Virus record (IMG/VR): IMGVR_UViG_3300025012_000047
Coordinates: 35,171-99,170 of that record
DNA from: a virus
Direction: 5' to 3' (one strand)
Length of the DNA: 64,000 nucleotides
Within the stretch, counting starts at the first letter, position 1. Every line of letters starts with the position of its first letter. The notes under the pieces are model-generated. The model saw only the letters and a program-made list of their open reading frames with translations, did not search any database and had not been told where the DNA came from. The position numbers were made by a program, and so were the translations under genes. This document shows, one piece after another, positions 38,655 through 48,584 of this stretch.

Positions 38655-40226
38655 ATGTTATTAACGGAAACGGCTAAAATTAAATGGGCTATACAAAATA
38701 AAAAATATTATGAAAATTTGGGTTATAAGTTTACAAATTACAACGATGAATTTGAGGTAAAAGTTACAGATATCTCAAAAGGTTCTCTCGTTGCGGTGAC
38801 AATATTGTGTGATTATTGTAAAAAAGAAACTAAAATAATTACTTATGCTAAATATTATAGCAATCATAATCATAATCAAAATGATTCATGTGACAATTGT
38901 TTATCAGAACATAGATCACATTCTTTTGATTATGAAAATAGAAGACCAAGGAAGTATTGGGAGAATAGAGATAACAGATTAAAAGAATTAGAAATTTATC
39001 TTAATGAATACGGATCATTTGAACATGCACATAGTAATGGCAAAGGACATAATTTATTAAGTAAATTTAAGAGATATAATGATGATATTAATTCTGCAAT
39101 TAAAGAATTAGGTTATTCTGATAATTGTTTGTATTTAACAAAATATTATTATACTGATATGAATAATTTAGCTAATTTAATTGAACCTATTATCGATAAA
39201 TATGGGAGGTTTCCTACATATACAGAAATTTCAAATGAGATAGGATTCAAGTCTACAATAGATTCAAAAGAAAAATTAGCACAGATAAAGCTAATTTTGA
39301 ACTATAATGATGAAAATAATTTGACCGATGATAGAGGATTTTTAAATAGATCATCTTATGAATATATAACTGCACAATTTTTAATTCATAATAATGTAAT
39401 GTATAAAAGAGAGCAACGCCCATTTCTAGAAATCAAAAAAGGGTTTAACTATAGAAGCGACTTTACTTTTTATACAATATATGAAGAAGAAATTCATTTA
39501 GAAATATGGGGAATGGAAAATATGTATAATTATGATATAAAAATGGAAGATAAAATAAAACTATATAGCAATAACAATGTCAAATTAATATCACTATACC
39601 CATCAGATTTTAATGGAAAATATAACGATATTCAAAACCTTTTACAATTAAAGTTAAGTTCAATATTAAACATAGAACTTAAAAAAGTAAAACAAGAAGT
39701 ATTGATCCCAGGACATTTAATGTCAGATGAAGAATTATTAAATAAAATAATGGAATATAGTGATGATAATATTGCGTTTCCATCATATGATAAATTGAAA
39801 AAGGAAAGACAAAGTACACTTTCTAGGAACGTTTTAAAAAGATATTCAAGTATGAGTGAATTAGCAATAAAATATCGGAAAATACCATGTGACACTCCTA
39901 TGGACTATTGGACAAAAGATAGAATAATAAGTGTATTGGAAAATAAAATAATAAGAGATGGATTTTTAGGTTCAAATAAAGATTTAGATAATTTTCGTGG
40001 AGGATTTAGCAGTATAATAATAAGTAGATATAAAGGTAGTGCTATATATGCTAAAATTGATTTTTATAAATATTACATAAACAATGGTAATATTTTGCCA
40101 ATTGTAGAATTAGAATATTTAAAAAATATATTATCAAAAGGGAAATATTATAGAACAGTATTAACAGATGAAAACAAACAAGATATTAAATTCATTATTG
40201 ATTCTAGTATTAAAGATGTTTCTTAA
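38655..40226 (+). CDS. Homing-endonuclease-like protein (PD-(D/E)XK core), paralogue of 23688
   Basis: NKKYYENLGY..EFEVKV.D..CDYC; DDRGFLNRSSYEYITAQFL..YKREQ..NYRSDFTFY..IHLEIWG. Confidence 0.7.
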   Translation: MLLTETAKIKWAIQNKKYYENLGYKFTNYNDEFEVKVTDISKGSLVAVTILCDYCKKETKIITYAKYYSNHNHNQNDSCDNCLSEHRSHSFDYENRRPRKYWENRDNRLKELEIYLNEYGSFEHAHSNGKGHNLLSKFKRYNDDINSAIKELGYSDNCLYLTKYYYTDMNNLANLIEPIIDKYGRFPTYTEISNEIGFKSTIDSKEKLAQIKLILNYNDENNLTDDRGFLNRSSYEYITAQFLIHNNVMYKREQRPFLEIKKGFNYRSDFTFYTIYEEEIHLEIWGMENMYNYDIKMEDKIKLYSNNNVKLISLYPSDFNGKYNDIQNLLQLKLSSILNIELKKVKQEVLIPGHLMSDEELLNKIMEYSDDNIAFPSYDKLKKERQSTLSRNVLKRYSSMSELAIKYRKIPCDTPMDYWTKDRIISVLENKIIRDGFLGSNKDLDNFRGGFSSIIISRYKGSAIYAKIDFYKYYINNGNILPIVELEYLKNILSKGKYYRTVLTDENKQDIKFIIDSSIKDVS

Positions 40227-40253
40227 ATATTCGAATAAAATGATTGGAGGTTT

Positions 40254-40745
40254 TTGCATTTGGATTTTAAATCATTAGCTGAATTACAATTATATTTACA
40301 AAATAAGATTCCAATAAGTTTAAAGGAAGTCGGAGAAGAGATTAAGAAAAAATTAAGGGAAAACATTCAATATCTTTGGTATGATAGAGATTTTACTCCA
40401 ACCCATTACACTAGGACTATGGAATACATAGAATCGCTACGGTGTTCGGAGGTATTAAATATGGGTAATGGTCAATATCAAGTCAGAATATATTTTGCTA
40501 CACATGCAATTATTCCTCATTCTACCCCATATGGAGAATGGAATCAACATGCAGGAGTTAATTATGAAGACGTTTCTGCTGCAATTCCTTCTTTTATTGA
40601 ATACGGAAATAATTCATCATTGTATTCGTATCAAGGTGTTCATCCCGTAGAAACAACAAAACAATGGGCCAAAGATATGAAAATTTTACAAAAAAGAATG
40701 ATTGGTCTATTAAAAAAATATGGATTTATTTGTTCGATAACATAA
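40254..40745 (+). CDS. Tail-component protein (neck/tail-completion-like)
   Basis: FKSLAELQ.YL..WY...P..YTRT; directly before the tape measure gene. Confidence 0.55.
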   Translation: MHLDFKSLAELQLYLQNKIPISLKEVGEEIKKKLRENIQYLWYDRDFTPTHYTRTMEYIESLRCSEVLNMGNGQYQVRIYFATHAIIPHSTPYGEWNQHAGVNYEDVSAAIPSFIEYGNNSSLYSYQGVHPVETTKQWAKDMKILQKRMIGLLKKYGFICSIT

Positions 40746-40824
40746 TTAAATACAAGCAACAACCCCTACTCTTTGAAGGTAGGGTATTTTCATGCCCTAA
40801 ATTATAAAAGAGAGGTGGATTAAT

Positions 40825-43800
40825 TTGGATGATTTAAATATATTAATTAAAGCAAAAATAGATGCTGCAACTACAAACATTAATAAACAAATAAAAGATT
40901 TACAAAAACAAGTAACTACTGATATATCGGTTAAATTAAAAGTAGACGCTAAAGATTTAACTATTATTAATGATACTGTGGAAAAGATTAAAAAAGCAAC
41001 GTCTCAAAGTGGAAGTCAAAAAATTAAAATATTTAGTGAACAAGATTTGAAAGATCAAGGTATTAAATATAAACAAGGTGTAGTGAGAACAATTGAAGAT
41101 GTTGAAAAATATCTTAAAGGTGCATTTAATGGTAAAAAGTTTGATTTGGGTGCTATAATAACAGATTCTAGTGGAAATATAAAATCGTTTGAAGCAAATA
41201 TAAAGTCTACCAACAATCAACTTGAAAAAGTAAAATTTAATTTAGCAGAAATATCTAAATTAAATGCAAAAGGAATAGCAAATACAGTATCCGGTTATGT
41301 GGCAGGTGATTCACAATTATCAAGAATTTCTATAAAACCAGAAAAAATCTTTGATAGGACAAAATTAGAGGCAGAAGGAAGACAATTTTTTGTATCTGCT
41401 TCTAATATAATTGAGAGAGTAAAAAAAGAATTTAAATCAATGGGAGAAGTAGATGTAAATTTTTTAAAGAATTCTCAATCAAATATAACTGGATTTACTG
41501 CAAGTGTAACAAAGGCAGATGGAGTGGTTCGTCAATTTTCTTTTGATGTAGCTAAAATACAATCTGGCAATAGCGTTCAAAATGGATATGTTTTTAATAG
41601 TGAAAAACTTATCGATAAGAATGCAGGGGCAAATTTAGACGCATTGAAAAATAAGATGCAATCCTTTACAAATCAATTAGAAAGAATGAAAACTAGTTTT
41701 ACATCTCCTGCTACTGGAATTGCTGACCCTCAGCATTTAAATAATCTTGTATCTCAATATAATCAAGTTAAAAATACAATAAATCAAGTATTACAAAGTA
41801 GTACAAATCTTTCTAATGAACAGCGTAGAGGTATAGTTCAAAATCTAGCTGATTTGCGATTACAAATAACCGAATATAAAGATTTACAGAGGATAATGAA
41901 GACAAGTACAGGAGGGTCGTCTACATCTTCTGGAACTTTAAGCGATAAGGATATCTCTTTATATCAAGCTACTATGCAAAATAAATTAGCTAGTTTACAA
42001 GTTGGTAAAATGGATACAGTTTTTGCAAGACCAGAAATTCAAGCAGAAGTTAATCGCTTAACTGAAAGTTTGGCAAGATTTGGTATGATTGGAGGAAAAT
42101 CAGCAAAAGAGTTAAATTTACAATTTGCACAATTAACAACATCTGTAAGAAGTGCTACGAATGAAATTTCAAGAATAAATAATGCAGCAGATAGTCTTGT
42201 GACAACTTTCACAAAGGATATTTTTAAGTTAGGTCTCTGGGCTGGAGCTGCCACGGCATTTTACGCCCCATTTCGAGCAATTTCGCAAGGAATTCAGTAT
42301 GTTTATCAGATGGATACAGCTTTAACAGATTTGTCGAAAGTTGTCGATTTTTCGTCTAATCAATTGAACGAAATGGCTAATGCCTCTATTAATCTTGGCA
42401 AACAACTTGGTCAATCAAGTGTCGAGATTATGAAAGGAATGGCAGAATTTGGAAGAGTTACCAAAGATCAAAATGAGATAATAGAATTGACAAAAGTGGC
42501 AGGTATGGCAAGTAATGTCACCACCATGTCGGCGGCAGATGCTGCTCGGAACATTACAAGTAGTATGATTACCTTTGGTATTGAAGCAAAAGATTCTATG
42601 AAAATATTAAATTCTTGGAACCAGATTCAAAATAATTTTCGTGTATCTGCAGAGGATCTAGCGTCTTCGATCAGCAAAATCGGGGCCGCGAGCAGGTTAG
42701 CCAACACAGATATGGAAGATTTAGAGGGAATGACCACAGCAATCGTAAATTCTTTAGGTATTAGCGGAAATGAAGCTGGCACGGCTATAAAATCTTTTAT
42801 GAGCAGAATATATAGAACCGACGAGTCAGATCCTGAAGAATTAGGTAAGACAGCAAAAGCATTAAAAAGCATTATGGATATCGATACGTCAAAAGCAAAT
42901 GGAGAACTTAAAAGCTTTAATTCTCTTATTTCTGAGATAAAAAGTGGTTGGAGTGAGATGTCAAAGCAGGAGCAATTAGCTGTAGCTCAGAGTATGGGTT
43001 CGACTTATCATTACTCGAAATTTGTCGCATTAATGGAGTCATACCAGATAAAACTCGATGCTGCTTCTATGGCTAGAAACAGTGAAAATAGTGCATTAGA
43101 AGAGAATGCTAAAAAATTAGACTCAATTTCTGGTCGTTTGGGATTGCTAAAAGTAGCATCAGAGGAATTTTGGGCATCAACAATAAATTCTAATACAATA
43201 AAAGGAATGATATCTTCTGTAACATATTTGGTTTCCACATTTGCTAATTTAGCAACAATTCTTGCATTAGTAGCAACTGGGTTAGCAATATTTAAAGGAA
43301 CACAAATTACCGCATCTATTATTGCGTGGGCATCTTCCTCTGTCACTCTTACTGCATCATTGACCGCAAGTACTAGGGCATTTATTACCAATAGGGCAGC
43401 CAATGCTGGTTATACAACACAAATGATTGCTTCAGCAACAGCAACTAGAGGAATGTCTTTAGCAATGCATGGTTTGAAAGTAGCAATTTTATCAAATCCA
43501 ATTGGTTTAATTATAGGTGCTATCACAGCAGTAGTTATAGCAATAGATATATTTAATCAAAAGCAAGAAGAAAATGCTAGAAAAGCAGAAGAAACATCTC
43601 AAAAAATTAAACAAGAACAAGATGCATTAAATGGATTATCAGAAGAATATACAAAAATAATCCAATCTGGTGACTTAACTGCTGAATCAAAATCTCGTTT
43701 AAAAGGCATTCAAGATGAACTTATTAAAACTTACGGAGCAGAATCAAAAAATTTAGATTTAATAAATGGTAAATATAAAGATCAAATTGGAATAATTGAT

Positions 43801-46800
43801 AAATTAGCAGTTAAAAAAGCTAAAGAACAATTAGCATCAATGGGAAATTCTGGTGAAGAAGCATTAGCAAAATCTAAAGAAGAATCAGTTACTCAAGTAT
43901 CTTTTGGTAGTTCAAGAAAAGCAAAAGAGGTAAATTCCGTTATTTCTTCTGTAATGGGAGATTCTGTTGGTCTCACTAATGAAAATAAGCAATTATATGA
44001 AATTAATGGGACACTAGAAAAAAGAGTTGAGATACTAGGAAAATTAAGTTTAGCATTAGGTGGAATTTCTGATAAAGATAAATTCACAAAAGAATTAATA
44101 AAAGAAGTTTCAGATGAATTTAATAAACTCAATGGAGAACTTAAAGATAATCAAACCATTCTAGATAAATTTCTCCCAAGTAAAAATATAATAGAATTTG
44201 ATGAAGCATTCGGAGATGTTAAAAAGCAAGTTGCAGGATTAAAAGATGAGCTTTCTAAAAATCCAAATGATAAAGGAATAATTAAACAGTTACAAGACTT
44301 ACATAATGCTACTTCAGAGAAGAATAATATTGAAGAATTTAGATCGCAAATTGATAAATTATTTGAAGGTGTACCTGATAAAGCAGAAAGTGCTATAAAT
44401 GGAATCATAGATGTAAAAAAAGCAGTAGAAGATGTATCAGAATCAACAGAAGACTACTTATCTGATTCTAAAGACTTAGCATCAACTATTGCAAAAATGA
44501 ATGATAGTCATAAAATGACGACCGAAGAATTATACAAACTTATCAAAGCTCATCCAGAATTAGCATCTGCTATGACAAAGGTAAATGGACTATATACAAT
44601 AGAAAAATCAGCAATTGAAAAAGTAATGGAAGCAAAAAATAAAGCTCATAAAGAAAGTTTAGACCAAAAAAAAGAAGAACTTGAACAGTCTAAAAAATTA
44701 TTATTAGCAAAACTATCTCTTTATGGTCAAGAAGTTGGCGGTATAACTTCTGTTGAAAAAGCTAAAGAATTAGTTAATTCTCAATCTCTTGCTGATCCTG
44801 AAAATAGAGCTGAATATGCAAGTAGGCAATCAATACTCAAAGATTTGCAAGCAATAGAAGATGCTCTCAAAGGTGTAGAAGTTTCTAAACAAATCACTCC
44901 TAAAGACTTAATTGCATCTGCTAATCCAGATTTAAATAAAACTTCTAAAGAAATCTTAGAAAATGTTACTGGCCCATATGCTGACCTAATTCGTGAATCT
45001 GCAAAACAAAATAAATTATCAGCAACATTGATAGACGCTGTAATTAAAGCAGAATCTAATTTTGACTCATCTGCCCATAATGCATCTGGTGCATCTGGTT
45101 TAATGCAATTGATGCCTGGAACCAGTAAAGAACTTGGGGTATCAAATGTATTTGATCCTGCTCAAAATGTCGAAGGTGGTTCAAAATATCTTTCTCAAAT
45201 GATGGCTGCATTTAATAATGATAAAGAATTAGCTTTAGCAGCTTATAACTGGGGAATCGGTAATGTCAAAAATGCACTTCGTAAATCAGGTGGAGCAACA
45301 TTTGCAGATATTAGTGGATATGCGCCTAGTGAAACTAGAAATTATGTTTCAAAAATTATGTCTGACTTTAATGCAAGAAAATCTAATGAAACTGCAGTAG
45401 CAGAAATTGGTGACAGAAAATTGTCCGAACCATCTTATACAGATAATACGGATGCCCTAATAGCAGAAGCAAATGCTCAATCACTCCTAACAGCAGAGCG
45501 CAATAAATCTCTCCAGTCAGAAATAGATCAAGCAAAATCAGCAAAAGACTATTCCCTAGTTCTCTCTAAAACGACTGAATTAATCCAATCACAATCTCTT
45601 GAAATACAGCAACTAAATGACGCAAGAGACAAAATAAATGCCTTAAAAGATGCATCCATCGCTACGTCTCCATTCGGTGATACCTCTCGATGGTACAATG
45701 ATGCAAATGAAGCTTCAACTCAATATGTTTCAGAATTTAATTCTCAAACTGCTGAAGTTCAGAAACAAATGGAATCTACTTTTATAACCATGCAGAAGTT
45801 GAGAAAAGGTTGGCAGGACAACAAAAAATCAGTTGATGATTTAACAACTTCACAAAAATCCCTCAAACAATCCCTTCTAGATATCCAATCATCTCAAGCA
45901 GATGAAGCAATAACAGCATTAAAATCTTACTATCAAAATGAAAAAGAATTAGCAGAAGAAGCATATTCTGATAAAGTAAAACTTGCTGAAAAAGCTCATC
46001 AAAAAGTATTAGATGATTTAGATGATGAACTTAACGCATATGAAGAAACTATCAATGCTCAAATTGATGCCATAGATAAACTAAAATCTGCAGAGGATTA
46101 CACAAAAAATCTCACAACTGCACAATCTGAAGCACAAACAATTCAAGATCAAATAAATATCTATTCTAGAGATACATCATACGAAGGAAAAGAAAAATTA
46201 GCCGAATTACAAGCTCAATTAGCAGAGAAAAATTCATCTATTGAAGATATGCAAAATTCTCATACAATTGAACTTCGTAAACAAAATCTTCAAGATTCTC
46301 TTGATGCAATAAAAAAGGAGTTAGAAGCACAAAAATCTGCGGAAAATACCAAATACGAAGCAACAAAAGAAAGACTAGATGCCGAAAAAGTAAAATTAGA
46401 TGCTCATTATAAAGCAATTATGGAAGATGAAGCAATTTTTGCAGAAATAAGACAAGGAATTATTGATGGTAATATTACTAAAATTAATGTTGCATTAACT
46501 AAATTTAGTGATGGTTTTACTATTGATTTGGTTGCTAAAGCAAAGAAGATTGATGAAAATTTCAGTAATATTATTGATACTATTAATCAAATTAAAAAAG
46601 CATCAGATAGTATTCCAAATTATGATATTCCAGAATTAGCATCTGGAACTTCATTCCATAAAGGAGGGCCAGCAAAAACATCAGAAGAGGGAAGAGAATT
46701 AATAATTCCTCCCAATAGTAGACCATTTCTTAGTGGGAATAATGGCCCTGAAATCATGAATCTAGAAAAAGGTACTGAAGTTGTTCCACATAACCTAACA

Positions 46801-47109
46801 GAACAATTAATCAGCAAAGCTAAACTCCTAAACATTCCATCTTATGCCAATGGTACAGGAATAAATGGTAATGGTTCATTGACAGACTTAATTAAAAATA
46901 TGCCATCTATTTTACCAAATATATCATTACAACCATTTAAAATGCCCCAATTCATTAACAATAATTCATCTGGAACAAATGTTACTATTCCAAACATTAA
47001 TTTTAACATCACATCTGTCGATGGTGTAATTAGTAGAAAAGAACTAGAAAGAGCAGCAGATTTCACTATTAAGAAAATTGAGAAGTCTCAGATTATTAGA
47101 GGAAGATGA
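40825..47109 (+). CDS. Tail tape measure protein with lytic transglycosylase (SLT) domain
   Basis: 2094 aa; TP901-type core (MDTALTDLSKV..SGNEAGTAIK); SLT motif AVIKAESNF..GASGLMQLMP..ALAAYNWG..ETRNYV. Confidence 0.93.
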   Translation: MDDLNILIKAKIDAATTNINKQIKDLQKQVTTDISVKLKVDAKDLTIINDTVEKIKKATSQSGSQKIKIFSEQDLKDQGIKYKQGVVRTIEDVEKYLKGAFNGKKFDLGAIITDSSGNIKSFEANIKSTNNQLEKVKFNLAEISKLNAKGIANTVSGYVAGDSQLSRISIKPEKIFDRTKLEAEGRQFFVSASNIIERVKKEFKSMGEVDVNFLKNSQSNITGFTASVTKADGVVRQFSFDVAKIQSGNSVQNGYVFNSEKLIDKNAGANLDALKNKMQSFTNQLERMKTSFTSPATGIADPQHLNNLVSQYNQVKNTINQVLQSSTNLSNEQRRGIVQNLADLRLQITEYKDLQRIMKTSTGGSSTSSGTLSDKDISLYQATMQNKLASLQVGKMDTVFARPEIQAEVNRLTESLARFGMIGGKSAKELNLQFAQLTTSVRSATNEISRINNAADSLVTTFTKDIFKLGLWAGAATAFYAPFRAISQGIQYVYQMDTALTDLSKVVDFSSNQLNEMANASINLGKQLGQSSVEIMKGMAEFGRVTKDQNEIIELTKVAGMASNVTTMSAADAARNITSSMITFGIEAKDSMKILNSWNQIQNNFRVSAEDLASSISKIGAASRLANTDMEDLEGMTTAIVNSLGISGNEAGTAIKSFMSRIYRTDESDPEELGKTAKALKSIMDIDTSKANGELKSFNSLISEIKSGWSEMSKQEQLAVAQSMGSTYHYSKFVALMESYQIKLDAASMARNSENSALEENAKKLDSISGRLGLLKVASEEFWASTINSNTIKGMISSVTYLVSTFANLATILALVATGLAIFKGTQITASIIAWASSSVTLTASLTASTRAFITNRAANAGYTTQMIASATATRGMSLAMHGLKVAILSNPIGLIIGAITAVVIAIDIFNQKQEENARKAEETSQKIKQEQDALNGLSEEYTKIIQSGDLTAESKSRLKGIQDELIKTYGAESKNLDLINGKYKDQIGIIDKLAVKKAKEQLASMGNSGEEALAKSKEESVTQVSFGSSRKAKEVNSVISSVMGDSVGLTNENKQLYEINGTLEKRVEILGKLSLALGGISDKDKFTKELIKEVSDEFNKLNGELKDNQTILDKFLPSKNIIEFDEAFGDVKKQVAGLKDELSKNPNDKGIIKQLQDLHNATSEKNNIEEFRSQIDKLFEGVPDKAESAINGIIDVKKAVEDVSESTEDYLSDSKDLASTIAKMNDSHKMTTEELYKLIKAHPELASAMTKVNGLYTIEKSAIEKVMEAKNKAHKESLDQKKEELEQSKKLLLAKLSLYGQEVGGITSVEKAKELVNSQSLADPENRAEYASRQSILKDLQAIEDALKGVEVSKQITPKDLIASANPDLNKTSKEILENVTGPYADLIRESAKQNKLSATLIDAVIKAESNFDSSAHNASGASGLMQLMPGTSKELGVSNVFDPAQNVEGGSKYLSQMMAAFNNDKELALAAYNWGIGNVKNALRKSGGATFADISGYAPSETRNYVSKIMSDFNARKSNETAVAEIGDRKLSEPSYTDNTDALIAEANAQSLLTAERNKSLQSEIDQAKSAKDYSLVLSKTTELIQSQSLEIQQLNDARDKINALKDASIATSPFGDTSRWYNDANEASTQYVSEFNSQTAEVQKQMESTFITMQKLRKGWQDNKKSVDDLTTSQKSLKQSLLDIQSSQADEAITALKSYYQNEKELAEEAYSDKVKLAEKAHQKVLDDLDDELNAYEETINAQIDAIDKLKSAEDYTKNLTTAQSEAQTIQDQINIYSRDTSYEGKEKLAELQAQLAEKNSSIEDMQNSHTIELRKQNLQDSLDAIKKELEAQKSAENTKYEATKERLDAEKVKLDAHYKAIMEDEAIFAEIRQGIIDGNITKINVALTKFSDGFTIDLVAKAKKIDENFSNIIDTINQIKKASDSIPNYDIPELASGTSFHKGGPAKTSEEGRELIIPPNSRPFLSGNNGPEIMNLEKGTEVVPHNLTEQLISKAKLLNIPSYANGTGINGNGSLTDLIKNMPSILPNISLQPFKMPQFINNNSSGTNVTIPNINFNITSVDGVISRKELERAADFTIKKIEKSQIIRGR

Positions 47110-47163
47110 TTTATTCTTCCTCTTTTTCTAATAAATAATATTTAAATAAATATTGATAATTTT

Positions 47164-47298
47164 ACTAAATGGCTAATGGAATTAATTACTCCATTAAAAA
47201 GAGAGTGTCCTTTCTCTCGCCATTTAGTTTTTTATATTTTAAATAAAGGACAACAAAACATTAATAAAAATAATAAAAAAGAAAAGGACGTGTTAAAA
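47164..47298 (+). promoter_or_regulatory. Structured leader RNA, copy 5
   Basis: P1 ACTAAATGGC/GCCATTTAGT; P2 TAATGGA-ATTAATTAC-TCCATTA; P3 GAGAG-TGTCCTTT-CTCTC; targets AAAGGACA (47245-47252) and AAAGGACG (47283-47290, the RBS). Confidence 0.75.
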
Positions 47299-48491
47299 AT
47301 GGAAAAGAACAATGAGAAAAACGAGTTACAAGTATTTACCAGCGAACAATTTGGTCAAGTAAGAATTATGACAATTAATGGAGAAGATCATTTCAATCTT
47401 TATGACATTGGAATGGGTTTAGGTTATACAACTAAAGCAAAAGGTAAATTATATCCCAGAAAAGAAGAAATTAGTAATCTCTGTAAAAGGCTTGATATTA
47501 AAGGGTTTTCACTTGGTGAAAACTTTATAAATATTGAAAAGCTATTGATTTTGAAAATACATATGTTACAGAAGATGCTTTTTATGATTTATGTCTTGAA
47601 AGTGATGCTAAAAACGCACGCTCATTTAGAAAATGGGTAACGTTAGATGTTCTACCTTCTCTTCGTAAACGTGGCGTTTACATAATGGAAAATGCTAAAG
47701 ATGAAGTTATTGATAATGAAAAATTATTTGGTAAACGTAGGGTTAAGAATACATTTGCCAAAGCTGATGCCCATGAAATTGAGAAACTATATGAAGATTG
47801 TATTAATTATATAAACGACCAATATAATACAAAAGATAAAATTAAAATATGTCAAAGCATATTTAATGGTTTAACTGAATTAAGTTTGAAATTATCACAA
47901 GATGCTGTTAAGAATATGGGTAAGTGCTATGATATATCTTTATTACAAAATAGAGTTATTTATGATAAAGCCAAATATCAGAATAAGAGAAATGGTGGAA
48001 TTAAGAGTTCTAAAACAAAAGAAATTGATAAACAAGGAAAATTAATTAATGAACAGGATGAGATTATTAGAGAACAGAGGAATATAATATCTACATTGAA
48101 CCCCTCTATGGATGAATATATATGTTTATCAATACATCCTATTTCTGAGAATTATATGTATGAGACAGTAAAAAATGATTTCACTGGGAAAAATATTATA
48201 GTAAAAACAAATATATATAAAAATTGGATTAGAAATTTCCCATCACACCAATTATTAAGTAAAGAGGATCTGAGTATTGATTGGGAAATTCCAATTGTAG
48301 TATTTCTTAAATATGATTGTTTAGATAGATTTGACCTACAGAATTTTACGAAGGCGATTTTAGATCAAGTGATAACAAGAGATTATAGTGAAGACGATAA
48401 AATAGTTGATAAAGTTATTGTTGAGAGAAATAAGACGGTAAAAAATTATTCAGATGGGAAAATATATATTTGTATTAGAAATGTAGATTAA
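47299..48491 (+). pseudogene. BRO-N plus RusA-like fusion split by a -1 frameshift near 47537
   Basis: The BRO start ELQVFTSEQFGQVR continues in the -1 frame as YVTEDAFYDL..ARSFRKWVTLDVLPSLRKRGVY, in frame with 47685. The C-terminal DLQNFTKAILD..DDKIV is RusA-like. Confidence 0.7.
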
Positions 48492-48584
48492 AAATATAGT
48501 ATAAAATAGTTTTATAAGAGGACAGAAGACACTTAAATTCTGTCCTCCTTAATTTAAAATAATTATGGAGGTGAATTCACAAAC

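Noticed and set aside
9549-40226. Group I/II introns or inteins housing the endonucleases
   Set aside because: The nucleases are free-standing between genes; no intron core or intein splice motifs were recognised.
9444-47298. Leader RNAs as guides for RNA-guided nucleases
   Set aside because: The variable segments are only 6-9 nt and match their own leaders/RBS, one copy precedes a BRO gene, and no TnpB/IscB/Cas-like domains are evident. Expression control is the simpler reading.
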